Source: Pelomyxa schiedti | Lineage: Eukaryota; Protista; Evosea | DNA length: 63,882 nucleotides | Assembly: GCA_020536535.1 (NCBI GenBank) | Contig: JAHLWZ010000874.1 | Coordinates: forward strand, 1-63,882 | Direction: 5' to 3' | Part shown: positions 37,630 to 52,500 of the stretch, in pieces | Numbering within the stretch: position 1 is the stretch's first letter | Layout: every line of letters starts with the position of its first letter | Translations under genes and position numbers: made by a program | Notes under the pieces: model-generated | The model's database searches: none | What the model saw: the letters and a program-made list of their open reading frames with translations, nothing else | Told to the model about the DNA's origin: nothing

Positions 37630-40600
37630 ATGGCCCTGAGGGTACCTCCATCTGTCAAGCAACACCAGCGGTTGTCGATGCCGGTGTCGCTGAATGCGTA
37701 CTCTGTTTCAATGGTCAACCTCAGAGACAGCGAGCAAAGTGACTCGGCAACCTCCTTGAAAGAGTCTGCCAAAAGTGACAACGAAGTTGTTGACGAGAGT
37801 GAAGAGGAGGAGGAGGAAGAGGAGGAAAGCTCAGCCGAAGATGACGTACAGGACGAAGAGGAGGAAGAAGAGGGTATCTATGGGTGGGATTTGTGGAAGG
37901 GAAAGGAAGCTAACCTATACAACATAGATGACCTCGGCCAATGTGAGAAATATAGAGAGACAATTAAGAGTTTAATTAAAGAAATCACGACGCTCAAGAA
38001 GTATCCACTTTTCTCATGGTTATAAGTGACTCACATTACCCCAGCATCTCCAACGAAGAGAAAGAAAGAGATATTCAAAGAATCAATCACCTTGAACAGG
38101 TTCCAGCATTGCAAATAAACAATTTTTTTTTTCTTTTGACTAAAACCCCAAGCAACTACGTCATGAGAAGTCTGTTACTGACCAACTACGAACACAACTA
38201 GTTACAACACTACTTCAACTAAAAGATGAACTTTCTACCATTGACCAGGCAAGATTCAAATCAATATTCCCCCTAACGAAAAATGCAGGCAAATATTTCC
38301 CTCAGCAGTCAACTTGAAGAAGAACGAAAAGCACATGCACTCACCATAGAAGCGCTTCAAGACCTAAAAAACCGAACAAGTGATGATGGTTCTAAGGTAT
38401 TGTAACTGGGTCGGGAAGCTTAAACAAAACTTTTGTAGACGTACAATGGGGTTCATGAACTTCGAATACGTGTCACTGTTCAACAAGGAGGTGTAAAAGA
38501 GGTGTCCCTGTTAACTGATACACAAGCAGATATTGGCATGTTCATCAAACCGTTTCAACTTGTCTGACACACTCCAAGAGCGTCAATCTCTACAAGACAA
38601 ACAAGATCTCATGCTTAAAAAATATCTTGAAACGAAGCAGGCACACACTTTAGCAGAAACTAAGGGTACTTCATATTTAATTTACCCCCACTGAAGCAAT
38701 GATAGCTCTTGATGCTAATCAGCAACTTCAGCATTTGATTGAAAGGACAAAGCAATTAGTGGAAGTGCATGACGAATTGAAAGCTCAACTACAAGCAGAA
38801 AAAAGCAAAACAGAGGTGTTTGAAATGAGAAACTTTGAACTTCAAGAAACCTTGAATAGTCAGGTACATTGTACAGATAATGATGCTTTCTCACCTAGAA
38901 AAAGGAAGAACAAATTAGAAAATCATATAATAGTCAAGTGCTATGTAGGCAAATTAAAGCACTGCAATGCAAGTATCTGAATGACATGGCAATACTTCCT
39001 GTCCAGTTGCCCCAGCAAATACTGTCAACCATCTCAACTTCTTTTGATTCAGGCTCTGTTGACACTGCAACTTTCGATATGCTTTTCAAACATGTGAAGT
39101 CTATGGCAGAGGAAATTTGTAGAAAATGGCTTTCCCGGAAAAAAAGTGAAATCTTACTTTACTTGGTTGTGTAACTCTTTTTGTAGTCCACGTTACCGAT
39201 GAAGAGGATATTCTAGGACGCGTAGTGAAAGATCCCTCACTTTTAAAAGACTTTAAGCAATGGCTCTCAAGAGGTATTACGGTGTTGTCTTTAGGTTTTT
39301 CACCTACTGAACTCAGATTCCGAGGAAAACATTTTATTGCTGTATTTAGATCTCGACTGCATTTCACAACAACTCCTGGAAGCTTCGCATTCCCACACCC
39401 ACAAAGTGGCTACTTCCAAAGTAACAGCCTCAGCACCAAGTGGCACCCCCACTGTGAGTACTACTCCACCCACACAGAGTCTTGCAGCCACATCATCATC
39501 ATTACTAGCTGCGGCGGCGGCGGCAGCGGTTGCTGCCACCATCCCTCCTCCGTCTACTCTCAAGAGACCTCGGTCCACAAAACGGGTATTTTTCCTTCCT
39601 TCACGCATGTTTAAGTAATATACCTCAAGAATTCAGAGCCCCCCAGACCACGTATGCATTTGATGGTTACATTTCTTTTGATACATTTTTTTTTTGTCTT
39701 TCAGCCAGTGCACCAGTTGCTTTGCGTAATTCAGAGGATACCCGAGATAGATCATCTTCAAATGCCGATTCCTCACCCTCATCACCTCTTATCTCACATT
39801 CACCACCAACTTCATCTGGAATAATTTCCCCACCATTAAACACACTTGGTACTGCCACTCCCACTCTTTGCAGCTCATTACATTCGACACCTTTCGCATC
39901 CCCATCCACCACTCCCGATATTATTTCTTCGTCTACACCGAGGGGATCGGCGCAAGACACAACCAGTCAAAATCTAACAGTGAATTCAACCACGATAAGT
40001 GTCACACCACCCCTGGATTTCCTTCCAACTTCCAGTTTGTTTCTGTCTTCACCAAACTACTGCTAACCTATCCTTCTAGGCTCCGCGGAAACAAAAGCTC
40101 AAAGAGTTCTAAAATACGTCAATAGTTCAATACAGATCGTAAAAGCAACAGAGAGAGCGAAACACGATGTATTCTCCTATTTTTGTCAACCTACCAATTT
40201 ACTGGAACACAGATTGTTGATAATAGTCTTTCTCTGAGAACAACTTTCATGAAAATACCCTCACCGGCGGCTTGTATGGTGATGGTGGGCAAGCATCTCT
40301 GGATTGGATGCCAGGGATCTTCAGGCGCTGTAAAAGTGATTGATCATCAGGTGGGGAAGTCTAAATTATAAAATCCTTAATTGCCTCCAGACTGGCACAA
40401 CCGTTGGGGAAATTCCACTAGCATCACCTGTTCGTGCTCTCCTTTACATTGGAGACAGTGTCTGGGTTGCTATGAATGCCGGAATTACTGTATATAATGC
40501 TGTACGTCTCAGCATTCTTCTAAATGATAAAACTAAAGAACATAAAAAGACCAAGCGGCATTATGGAAGGCCTGTGTGTCATAATGCACATACTGGGAAC

Positions 40601-41775
40601 ATCCATGACCTGGCCAAGGTTGATAAATATGTGTGGAGTATTAGTGCAGATAGCACAATCAAGATCTGGCAACCACTAGTATTCTTCTCACTCCTCCCCC
40701 TTTTTTTTTTGTCTTGGTTCACTGTTTTGTGAAATTTTGTGGACCCTTTTAATAAACTCAGGCAGATCAACAAGCGAAATGTGTTAAGACATTAAAAACT
40801 GAAAACTTACTGAACTGCTTGCTGGTTTGTGATGGTGTTGTCTGGGTTGGAACCACAACTGGAATACTGTTTTACAGTGGAAGTGTATCTAATCTTGTCT
40901 ACCTATGTTACAACTCAAACATAATTACAGGGGAGAACCAAGCTAAAAACTACCACACCTCCGAATACCCCCACGTCCAATGTTACGGCCTTAACGGCTG
41001 TACCCCCCACTGGGGAAGTGTGGAGTGCCCACACAGACGACCACATCTATGTATGGGATAAAACAACGATGACTTGCAAGCAAAACATCACTTCTGTGAG
41101 AGTGGTGGCCCTGCGGTGTGTGGGCTGTACAGTTTGGACTGGGTACGGTGTTGATTCTTATTTTTTCTATTCTTAATCGTTGTAGGCATTGGGACAAAAC
41201 AATCCAGCTGTGGGATGCTCGAGTTATTACCCTACGAAATAAATCTTACTTTAGCTGACTTAAAGGCAGATGAAACAGTGTCTCAAATGCGTTCATACGT
41301 CACATGCAGGTGCTATACAGTGTCTGGAGCCCACATATGCCTCTCTACTGAAAAGGAATCACCTTACCGTTTGGAGTGGTAACACGTTTCTACTACACCA
41401 GAAAAGTTTTAATTTGTATGTTAAGGCTCAGCGGACTCCTCTATTAGTGCTTGGAACACACAGCAATTCTCACATGCGATGCAGGAGAAGCCTTTGACAA
41501 AAGTGGCCACGTGCAGTATATGCTTGAAGACGGTCTCTGGCCAAGGCCTTGTTTGTACAGGTATGCCTGGTTACCTATGGAAAGTTTTCTTACTTTCCAC
41601 TACAGTTTGTGATACATTTTGTGTGCACCCCAAGTGTGCTTCGGATATTTCCGTTTTCACACTGTGTCCAGTGGCGGTAAGTCGTCCTATAATTTCACTT
41701 CGTCTTTTGACTGTTGTATCACAGAATGCGCCTACTGCCCCAAGAAGCAGAGCGTCCTCTTCTTCTGGGGTATGA
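37630..41775 (+). CDS. Coiled-coil / WD40-like propeller / C1 zinc-finger signalling protein
   Basis: Acidic tract, coiled coil, WD-like repeats (HTGNIHDL..VWSISADSTIKIW; HWDKTIQLWD), C1 domain HQF..CSICLKTVSGQGLVC..C...VHPKC. Confidence 0.75.
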
Positions 41776-42242
41776 TGCATGTGTAGATATTTCTTTTATT
41801 GGACGTTTCAGTCAAAAACCAGCGACACAAACAAAAAACCAAAACTATCATCAAAATCAAACGAAATACACTGGGTGAGCCCAGTGGATAAACTTGTTTT
41901 TCGTTGGTGGTTTTTATTTTTCATTCATTATGCCGTTTTTTGACTGAAACGTCCAATACCTTAAAAATCGCTTTTCGCTGCCACTTTTTTCCACTTTTTT
42001 ATGATGCTGCAACTGTGAGTTCTGTAGTGAAGTCCCTTCGGTGTCGTTCCGTTGATGTGCTCGAAAGCCCGAACATCCATTGCCAAATCCGGGATCTGGG
42101 GCCGCTGATGATCAGAAGCGACGATCTTTCTTACAGTAAGAATCGCAGGTCGGCGAAAAAAAATCCCATCAAGTGAGAGAAGACAAACGACAAAAAAAAA
42201 ACAGAACATCTCGTAAACCATCCAACAAAATAGCACACGACA

Positions 42243-45200
42243 ATGGTCATCTACCACGGCCGCATCGCACGTGCTCTCGGTCCCATCCACGCTTTCCAAG
42301 TTGGATCCCCTCCACGAGGACTGCGTGTCCCACGGGTGGGGCGCTCTTCCGCCCGCTGGTGGAATCTGGTGTTGGCGGCGGAGGTGCTTGCATTTGCCTT
42401 GGCGATTACGTCACTCGGAGGTGTGGGTGCAACTACAGTGAGCAGTGCCAATTGGGGTGTCTGTACACTGGAGGGATTGATGGCACTGTCAGACAGCAAA
42501 GCTGCAACTGTAAACCCAGTTTATTCCACTATACAGAAGGTGTGCACTCTTTTCTTTTTTCTTTTGGGTCTGGGAGAGTGGAATGCAACAAGTGACTGGG
42601 GGACAGATGGTAGAGTCCATGGGATCCATGATTTCATTCCTTGATGTGAATGACAGAGTCTCCGACTTTGAGTGCTCCTATTTGCATGACTATATATCTT
42701 TCTATCGATCTGGTACTCTGGCAGGCTGTGGTACTGATATGAGAGCAAATAGAACAATTGAGGTAACAAAACATAGTACTGAAGCATGCCTTTTTTTTCC
42801 CCCTCGCCCTAATTTATGTTTCGCAGGGGTATGTTACACAACAGTACTTAGTTCCAGTGGCGGTAAATACTAGTGAAAGTTGTGCGTGCAACCCTTTTTG
42901 GAGTAATTGGGTGACGGCAAACTACGAACCTGGGATGGGTATTACCTGTGAGAACTATACTGAAATATCTCGAATCCTGGCTCTTTCCACGGAAATTCCA
43001 TCAATTGCTGCTTCCTTCACTGAGACCACTGGGCTGATAACGCGAACCTGGGGCTTTGAAATGCCATCTTCTACTGGGTTCTTACTAGTACTCCCAACCA
43101 AATTTCCTAACTTTTGTCTTATCCTGCAGAACATATGTTGTACCTTGGAAGGCCTGGCGTGATTTGCACCTAACCCTTGCTGAGGTGATGAACGAACCAA
43201 ATGCTGTAGATATGTTTCACTCGTTTATCACACCTGATTCGAATCCATCGAGAAGCACATACTGGTCAGGACCATACTTCCGTGCTTATGGTACAAAATA
43301 CCAAAGGGGCAACGTACTCACATAATTACAGATATGACAGTACAATGCATCACACCTGTGTATGGTAAGAATGATAGATTTCTGGGGGCTGCATTTTCTT
43401 CTGTATCATTAGCACAAACCTCAAGTATATTTGAAGGCCTGGTGGTGACTCCAAATGGTTAACCTGCGAATTTTAACGCCTATCTGAGTTGTTCAACAAG
43501 GCTTTGCACTGCTTCTTAACATGAGTGGGTGTATAATCAGTGCCAGTGAGAAGGCATTCAAAACACTCTTTGGGTACTACAATTTCTCACACTCTCTTTC
43601 TGCATGCTTGAACCAAACTGAACTAGACTTCTCGGAGGTGCGGTCACAACTTGTTGAGTTAGTTTAATTACAAACTAGTTCTTGGGTGAGATTTCACACC
43701 CTGGGTACTCCTTTGTATCAATTGGAGGAGTGGAATGGGTTTTTACACGCTCTTTTTTATCCACCCTTGATTGGGCCATTTCCCTTGCTGCTCCTATCAC
43801 AGACTTTATACAGAGTATATAATCTTGTTTACAAATCTGGATAAGACTCACTCTCACCAGCTGGTGACTTCAAGATTACACCTGCTGCAGTCCTATTGAA
43901 AGTCTCTCATCAGAAATACAACCACTATGAATGGACTGTCACATTAAACAACTCTGGAACAGTTCCTCTCATGATTACTCTGGCGAACTTTACGACTCGA
44001 CGTCTCTCCTCAAGTTCACACTATTTCATGAGGTTTAGTCCTTCACTTTCCTCAGATATATCTGGTTCAGTTACTCTTGGAAACGGATTATCATTTGTGG
44101 GCTTTTCTTACACTGGGGATGTACCTTTTGATACCACATTGGAATTTTTAGTGCATGACATTGTAACGAATTACAGTCTATGCTACAAAGTGAACTACTT
44201 TGTTGAAGTATCCATAATCCTAGGTTTTTGTGTAACAGTTATCAGAGTACTTGTGGTACTTACTTTCTTTTAAGAGGACAATTCACAAACTGCCTTGGTT
44301 GGAGGAGTTGCTGGGGCAATTGTTTTCTTTCTTCTAGTTGTTTCCACTGTTCTCTTCTTTATACTGCAGTATTTTCGCCACAAGGTAGGATCTCTATGTT
44401 CTCCTACTTCAACCAATACTTCGTAGGCATCTGTTTTGTCTCAGCCTCTTACCAGTACAAACATACTTGACACCCCAGCAGAAGCGGTTATTAAACGATT
44501 AAGTGCAATCAGAAAGAAGCATTCCAGTAAAAAAAAAAAAAACAAACAAAAAACGACTAATTCCACCCCAGGACTGAGTCCTGACGATAAACTGGCCGTT
44601 GACAAGATAATCCAACTTATTGCCAATGATGAACTTCACAAAACCGATTATGTGTCACAGAAGAAATCCGGTCTTGTTTGTGTGGAAGATTTTGGTTGGT
44701 TGTATTTCCCTAATGCACTTTATTTTGGAAGATGTGGATTCTGAAGTAGACGCCTTCTTATTAGAGCATCTGATAGGCGCCAATCAAAATTCTGTAGACC
44801 AAGTTGATAGGTTACAATATGCATGTTTTGTTTCGCTAATTTTCCTAGTAGACCTGAAGTATTGAATGCTACACATGGTTTGCACGACCGCTGGTCGTTT
44901 TTTATATTTGATTGTGCCCCTGGTTTTTACTTGCATTTTCATACCTTTTCTCATTTTTAACAATTAGACACTGCCCTCATACAAATAGGCTATTCTATTT
45001 TCAATCAATATGGGCTCTTGAAACGTTTTTCAATAAATGAAGAGTTGTTCAGAGGCTGGCTGAAAGACATCACTTCTGGGTAGTTATTCTTGGGCACTGA
45101 TTTCTCTTTGGGCTAATAAATAACAGATACCTCAACAACCCATACCACAACAGTATTCACGCTGCTGATGTTCTGCAGGCACTTCATGTTTTCGTCCAGA

Positions 45201-46359
45201 ACCTGACACAAGAACTCCCTGCATTGAACGTTCTTGCACTTTTCTTTTCTGCTGTTGTACATGACTTAGGACATCCAGGTTTTCCGTACCTCACATGGAA
45301 ATTAATAGTGACAAAAAAAGGTGTTAATAACAACTTTTTGATGAGGATACGGGACCCTGTATTTTTGTTGTATAATGGCATATCGGTATTTCTTTGCTTC
45401 TCATACAATACATTTTACCTCTGTAAAGATTTTGGAAAGCATGCACTGTTCTGAGGCATTCAGAGTTACTCTGAATGGGGTACATAACTGGTTAACCTGT
45501 TTCAATCCGGTGACAAATATAATATTCAAGAACCAACTATGCATTAGCTAACTCGATTTCAGGAGCAATTCCTGGAATTTCACAACCTGGTGACACAAAC
45601 AATTTTGGCAACAGAGTATGTATTGCCTTCATCTTTCTTTGGTTAATTAAAGAATGTTAATATAAATCGCTCATTACAATCCCAGTATGTCTCGCCATGT
45701 AGAAATTACCAGTCAGTTCAATTCCAAAACAGCATCCGGAAATCTCGACTGGACTCACAAGGTAGTAATAGTACAGTAATTGTGAGAGCCTAAACAAAAA
45801 CTTCCCTCAGGAGGACATCATGTGCATCATGAAAATGCTCCTAAAATTGGCCGATATTAGCAACCCAGTGAGACCCTGGTACTTTTTTCGGCACCTTGTT
45901 TTGTCTGTCGTTCTCAACCATATTCCCAGGAACGCGTGCTCTAAATGGGCAAATATGATCACTGAGGAAAACTTCATGCAAGGTGACCAGGAGGCCCGCC
46001 GAAGTCTTACAAAATCGCCTTTCATGGACCGTGTTAACCAAAATATCCCCAAGGTAAATGAAACAGACTCCCCTCCCAGCCTGTGCTTTTTTTTTTTTTT
46101 TTTAACATCACCTTAGTGCCAGAGCACGTTTATTTCGTTTGTTGTATCACCACTTGTGGAGAGCATGAGCAAAATATTAAAGGCTGAATTGGCCACGGAA
46201 CTTCAGGAAAACGTTAGCGGGAATCTCAAGAGGTGGACAGAGATGTCCCCCTCAGAGACCAATTTACTCGCAAAAAGTGGGGGCAGCTGTAACAGCCTCG
46301 CCTCTGAGAAAAACCACTCGATCTCACCAAACAAACAAAGCCCCGACTCCAAAGTGTAA
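42243..46359 (+). CDS. Transmembrane class I cyclic-nucleotide phosphodiesterase with extracellular Cache-like domain
   Basis: YHNSIHAADV, VHDLGHPG, ILATDM, LKLADISN, FMQGDQE, invariant Gln in IPKCQ; two TM segments flank a region with WSGPYF..ITPVY..FLGAA. Confidence 0.88.
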
Positions 46360-46513
46360 AAACATTTTTTAGGATTACTTACTGTGGCGTCGTTCCCTTT
46401 TCGATCAAACAGGCAGCCATTCAACAGCCGCCGTATCTGCACCGAAATTCACATTCGCTTAACAGGTCTCTGAGATTTCTCCGTCGTGTGTTCCCAGCCC
46501 CACAAACTAAAAA

Positions 46514-49500
46514 ATGTCACACCCGCTGCCCATGCCGCCGTGTCCCACGACAGTTGTCCTGAGGCCACACAATGGTGTTGCCGTCCTCCCATAATTCATT
46601 CCCATTCATTTCTAACTTACCCTCAGCAGGCCCAGTTTGTGACAGTTCTCTAATTTTTTGTTTTTTTTTTCTCTTGGTTGTGCTTCGTCTTGTTTCCCGT
46701 CTTTTTCATTGGTCGTACAATTCCTTTGATTTCTGATTTTCTTTCTATTTTGCCTGGGATAGGGGTCTCCCAGCACTGTGGCCAGGCCTCCCCCCAGAGT
46801 ACTGCCAAAACCTCAGAGTGCCAACTCAGGACCAACTACTACTTCTAGTTCTAGTGCATCTCCCATAACCATAAAACGTCCAACCTCACCTCAGCCTAGT
46901 CCTGGGGTTGGCGCGAACACACACACTGCTTCTGGCTCGGCAACTGCATCGACTGTGAAACCATCATCTCAGCCTTTGAAAACTTCAGGGAAGGTGGACG
47001 ATACCTCTGACGCTGCGAAACTGAAGAAGATACAAGAAAAAGTAAAGAAGGAGGAGGAGGAGCGGGCCAAACACGAAGAGGAGGAAAGATTGAAACGAGA
47101 GGAGAAGGCCAAGAGGGAAGAGGAAGAAAAAGTGAAGAGGGACGAGAAGGCCAGGAGAGAGGAGGAGGAAGAGCGCGTAAAGAGGGAAGAAAAGGCTCGA
47201 AGGGAAGAGGAGAGACTGAGAAAAGAAGAAGACCGCGCGAAGAGAGAAGAGGAGAAGGCAAAGCGGGAAGAGGAAGAACGCGCTCGGAAAGAAGAAGAGA
47301 GGGCTAAGCGGGAGGAAGAAAAGGCAAGAAAGCTAGATGAAAAGGCAAAAAAGAGGACGGGGGAGTCTGGGAAATCCTTTTTCCTAAAGAAACTTGGCAC
47401 AATCAGACATGGAATCACCCTTGCCACTTCATCACCAACCCCTGTGAAAAAGGAAAGATCTGAAATGTGGAAAGCAGGTATTTTATCACTGCACTTTGAG
47501 TTCCGGGATTAAATTGGTTACAGGTGTCCCAAAGCCTACTAATTTATTGAGTGTACTACCCGAACCGGAGTTGGCAGTACGATTTAGGCAATTTTTGGAA
47601 AATGAGTACTGTGAAGAAAGCTTCAATTTTTGGAATGAAGTGGAATCCTTCAACGCCATGGTGGAATCTGGAATTGCCCCAGTAAGCTGTAGTAGGAAGA
47701 GGTTTCGTCATTATTCTTACTTCCATTGAATAGGGTGAAGTTCAAAATGAAGCAAAGCGAATTTTTGAGAAATATATTAGACCTGGCTCGCAGTATGAAG
47801 TAAATTTTCCTGCAGGAATAGCATCCGAACTGGAACCCACAATCACACACCCAAAACCAGATTTAGTCTGGTCCAAGATTTTTTCCAGAGCCCAAACAGA
47901 AGCTTACCATATCATGCAAGATCATTCTTTCCCACGGTGGCTAGGAACGATCGAGTGGCTACCAGGGACGCCACTGGAAAGAGCAACTTCTCCATCTCCT
48001 GAACCTAGTAATGACTTCCGTTGATGAGAATTTCTATTACTTAAAATCCAATAGGCCATCTTAACCAGTCCACTGCCACCAGTTCCGTTACAAAACGGTC
48101 TGTTGTAACATCTAGCCCATTAGAGGTTCCCTTCCTAGAACTTCCAGCCAATTTCACAATTATTCAGAAACGAAAACCGCTTCCTCCCTCTCTGGCTTCT
48201 ACTCTTAGCAACCAGGGATTGCGCGATGTTTTTAAGAACTACCTCGTTGCACAGGGGAATCAAGAACCACTCTTACTGTGGCAGGAGATTGAATCACTCT
48301 CCACACATTCTTTCTCATCTAAATTGGTAACGTCCTTGTAATTTGATCAATGAAACTTAATTCTATTAGCAATTCAGACAAGAAGCAATCCGAATTTTCC
48401 GCACTTTCTGTGATCCTAGCTCTCGTCACAACACTGGCGTGCAGTCTTGCAATGTCAACTCTCTTCAAGCAATACTGTTTGGGGATGATAATGACCACCT
48501 ACTAAATTCCTCAACGTTTAAGGCTATTCAAGGTTTTTGAGTTGTTTTGTATTTTCTAAATCCTGAATAACAAAAGCTGATGCCTTTTCTTTGATGATTG
48601 CTCCTTACTCTGCGTGGTGCAGTAAAGTTACTGTATGGGGAGGGAAACCTCCTCCCTCAACCAATGATCAAGTCATAAGATCCCAGAGAATAGCTCGTAC
48701 AGGAAATCGCTCACTTCCTAAACCTACAAAGACCCCTCAGGTTCGATTTTAATACTACTTCTTAATTGGGAAACACTCTATAGAATTGCATGCACTTTGA
48801 CTCTGCTCCATCTTTTGAAGTTGCCATGCAACATTCAATACTTTCTGAAAAGTTTAAGCAATACCTCAGTTCACAAGGTGCCCAAGGCTTACTTGATTTC
48901 CTTCAGAGTATTGATTCCTTTTCAAAGTTGAATGTGGACCCAAAGGTTTCCTGCTTTTGGGTTTTCAACCTTATTTTTTCTTTAGGACCTTCAAGAACTT
49001 GGGCAAAAGCTGTTTGCTACATTCATAACACATCGTAATGTCACTGCTCAGATGCCACTTGAGAACTTTCCCTGGTCAGTGAGAGATGAGTTGTACACTA
49101 GGCTAGGCTTTGAGTCATCGTGCTCCCTTCACCGAATCAATTCAAAAATGTTTGACAAGGCAGCAATGTGGGCCTTGACACAAATGAAGAGCGTTCACTA
49201 CGAAGCTTGGATCGCCACAAATGCTTGGAAGGTGTTACAGTCCCCACAACGCGATACCGCACCCACAGCCTCACAACCTCACCAGACGCCAACAAATAGT
49301 CCTCATCCACGTAATACTCCACTACAGACACAACCGCAACCACAGAAGAACACACCACCAGGAACTTCAACACAACAAAGGAACGTTCACCCGCCACCCA
49401 CAAATCAACCGCACCCTCAAGCAGGAAACGTGCGTCTATCACAGACAGGGGCTTCTCAACCACAGACGAGAAATGTTCAACCACAACCCGGCGCTTCGTC

Positions 49501-52500
49501 ACGTGATATTCATCAAACAAATACTACTCCTACAAACACACAGCCTAGAGCATCTAACACAACAGCAACCCCGCAATCTCACGTAACTTCTTCAACTGTG
49601 TCAGCCCAACCAAGTTCCAATACCACAAAACCTGGACAACAAGCACCGATAAGCACGAAATCTACACTACCCCCCAAACCTTCTCAGGTTCCACCTCAAG
49701 TTCAACCAGCTGATAAGCAAGCCAACCCTTCAAAACCACAACAAATGCAACATCAACCTTCCACCAAGCCACCTGGTACTGATCGACCAGCTCCTCAGGT
49801 GCAACCGAGTGGACTGCATCCACTGGGTACACAACCTTCTCCCTTTCCTCCTGTGGCCACAAAACCAGGCTTAGTACAAGGAAAACCACTTTCTGACCAA
49901 GCTACAAAAAGTAAACCTACAGCAACCACCCCCGCACAGCATGGTGAGGTAGGGCACCCAGCGACCAAACCAGGTCAGGAGACAGCTGGCCAATCCAAGT
50001 CTGTCGTCTCCCAACAACCACAGATGCAATCGAAACAACCACAGTCACAACCACAACCACAAGCACAGGCACAGCCACAGCCATTGCCACGTCCTCAACC
50101 ACACCCGCAGCCACGGCCACAACCACAGCCACAGGCTCGACCGCAGCCACAGCCACAACCTCGGCCACAGTCGCAACCGCAGCCACACCCGCAACAGCAA
50201 AGGCCACAGCCGCTGCCACCAACACACCCGCAAATAAAACCACAAGTACAGATACCACATACTCAGCCACAGCCACTGCCACCACCACAGCGACCACTGC
50301 CACAACAACAGGGTATTAAGCCAAGTACACAGGGCGGAATACCCAATCAGACACGCCCTCAACCATTCCCACAACCAAAACCTCAACCATCTCAGCAGAC
50401 AGTACCACGTACCTCAAACTCTACTTCCCCTGAATCAGAGCAAACAATTTCCAAACCCCTCCAGCGAGGTGATGCATCTAAATCAACATCTCCTGTCACA
50501 GTCTCCCATGGATCCGAACCTCAATCTAATTCCCCAGGGATCAAATCAACTACACCTGCACTCGCTACAGACACCAAAGGATCAGTTGTCAAGCAACCTG
50601 AACAATCTTCGAAATCTGACCAATTAGTCAACAAACAAACCCCTAGTGATCCTGCTGCAGCTGATCCAGGTAGAAAGCTTGAAACAAGTTCAGCACCCAC
50701 CAGATCTTCCTCACCCTCACCCTCATCCTCATCATCACCATCTCCACAACCAAACAGAGGGACATCACCTTCACAAGTAGCTCTTAAATCAACTGTTCAT
50801 ACTACCATATCATCCCAAACAAAGGCCTCTGAGACGAGTCCGACTGTTAAACAAGGTCCCGCTAACGAGACAAAAACATCACCTGTTGTGGCGTCGAAGA
50901 ATAGTACAACAGAAACTCATACCCCAACTGAACCACCAAAAAAACTCACTCAAGACAGTCCCGCAGATGGTGGAAAAAGAGAGAATACGGAAAAGCCTGT
51001 TGTTCCAGCAAAATCTGAAGCAATTAACAAGGTGCTACCAGAAACAGCTGCAAAATCTAGTGGTCTAGAAAAAGCAACTGAAAACTCTCCTTCAGCACCG
51101 GAAGGGCATGACAAACCCAATACAACTCCCTCTGACACGGCATCGGCTGCATTGGCTGCTGCAGAGAAACCCGAAATCCAAACAAAACCCAATGAAATTC
51201 TACAAGAAGTGGCTACAGAAAGCAATGTGAAAGTTGAAAATGGTGAAAAACCCAGCTCAAATCAAACTTCGAAGTTGAGTGAGACAGCTGGTACTCAAAC
51301 AGCGTCCCAGGAATTGTGCAGTCCATCTGTGTGTTCAACTGCTGTCGACACACCCCAATCCCAGTCAAAAGCATCTGAAGACGATTACGGTACTACTGAA
51401 GTGGCGATAGATGCGCCTTTACAACAGGTACTCCACTAACAGTTGAAATAAACGAACCTATTCTTCCTGTAAGGTGGATGAAACGGAGTATGTCTGGGAT
51501 GATCCTGGTGCCGAAGGGTACAATGAAGGTACTTCAATTTCCTTATGTGATGTGCCTGACATATATTCAGTAGCGGCCTCAGATGAGTACTACACAAACT
51601 ATGGAACTGAAGCTATGCAGTATGATTCTTCACAAGTGCCTACCACCCCACCTGTGCCGGAAGTATCCCCGAATACTGCACCTCAAGACAATACACCTAC
51701 TGACCAAACTACGGAGGAGACTGCCACCACAGACCAGTCATATCTTCCTACCTATGGCAGTGATGAAACGTACACCCCTGACCAGGCCTACTACTCCAAC
51801 GATCAGGCATACTCCACAGACCAGGACTACGAATACAATGGAAACCAGGAAGAAGCCAACAACACAGCAACAGCTGCCACCACACCACAATCAGACATGC
51901 CCAACGAAGGAGACCAGCAATCATCTTCCGAACAAATAACAACCCAGTATGACGATGACCAAGGCTACGATATCCAGCCCTACACAGTGGATGACCCCGC
52001 CTGCAGTGATGATGCCTACAACATAACAACAGAATACACGCCTAATCCCAGCACATCACCACCTCCAACCACAACCACAACCACAGCCCCTCAATCCCAA
52101 ATACCAGCAGCAACAACAACAACAACACCAAGTCCAACAGTAGCAACAAGCCCCAGTCCTGAACAACAGCAAGGCTACGCCGCCGATGATGCCTATTCAA
52201 CCAGCCCCACAACACACTCTTCTCCGGATTCATATAGCACTGATTACTCCAGCCCAGCCGTGGAGGACAACAGCAACAACACACTGGAATACTGTCTGCT
52301 TGATGCCTCTTGGGTGACTGCATTCAGGACTTATGTTGAGGCCTGCGACCCAGACGCCGCGAAGCATGTGGACTTCTATGTAAAGGCTTCACAGATAACA
52401 CCCTATCGGGATGCTCTTCCTGCTGTATGTGTTCTTTTTTTTTTTTTTTTTTTACACAAAACAATTGACTGTGGATAAGGTTGTTTGCCAAAAAGTGGAG

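Noticed and set aside
49900-50400. Repeat array resembling CRISPR or satellite
   Set aside because: Degenerate codon repeats encoding a PQ-rich linker; no constant repeat-spacer structure and no cas genes.
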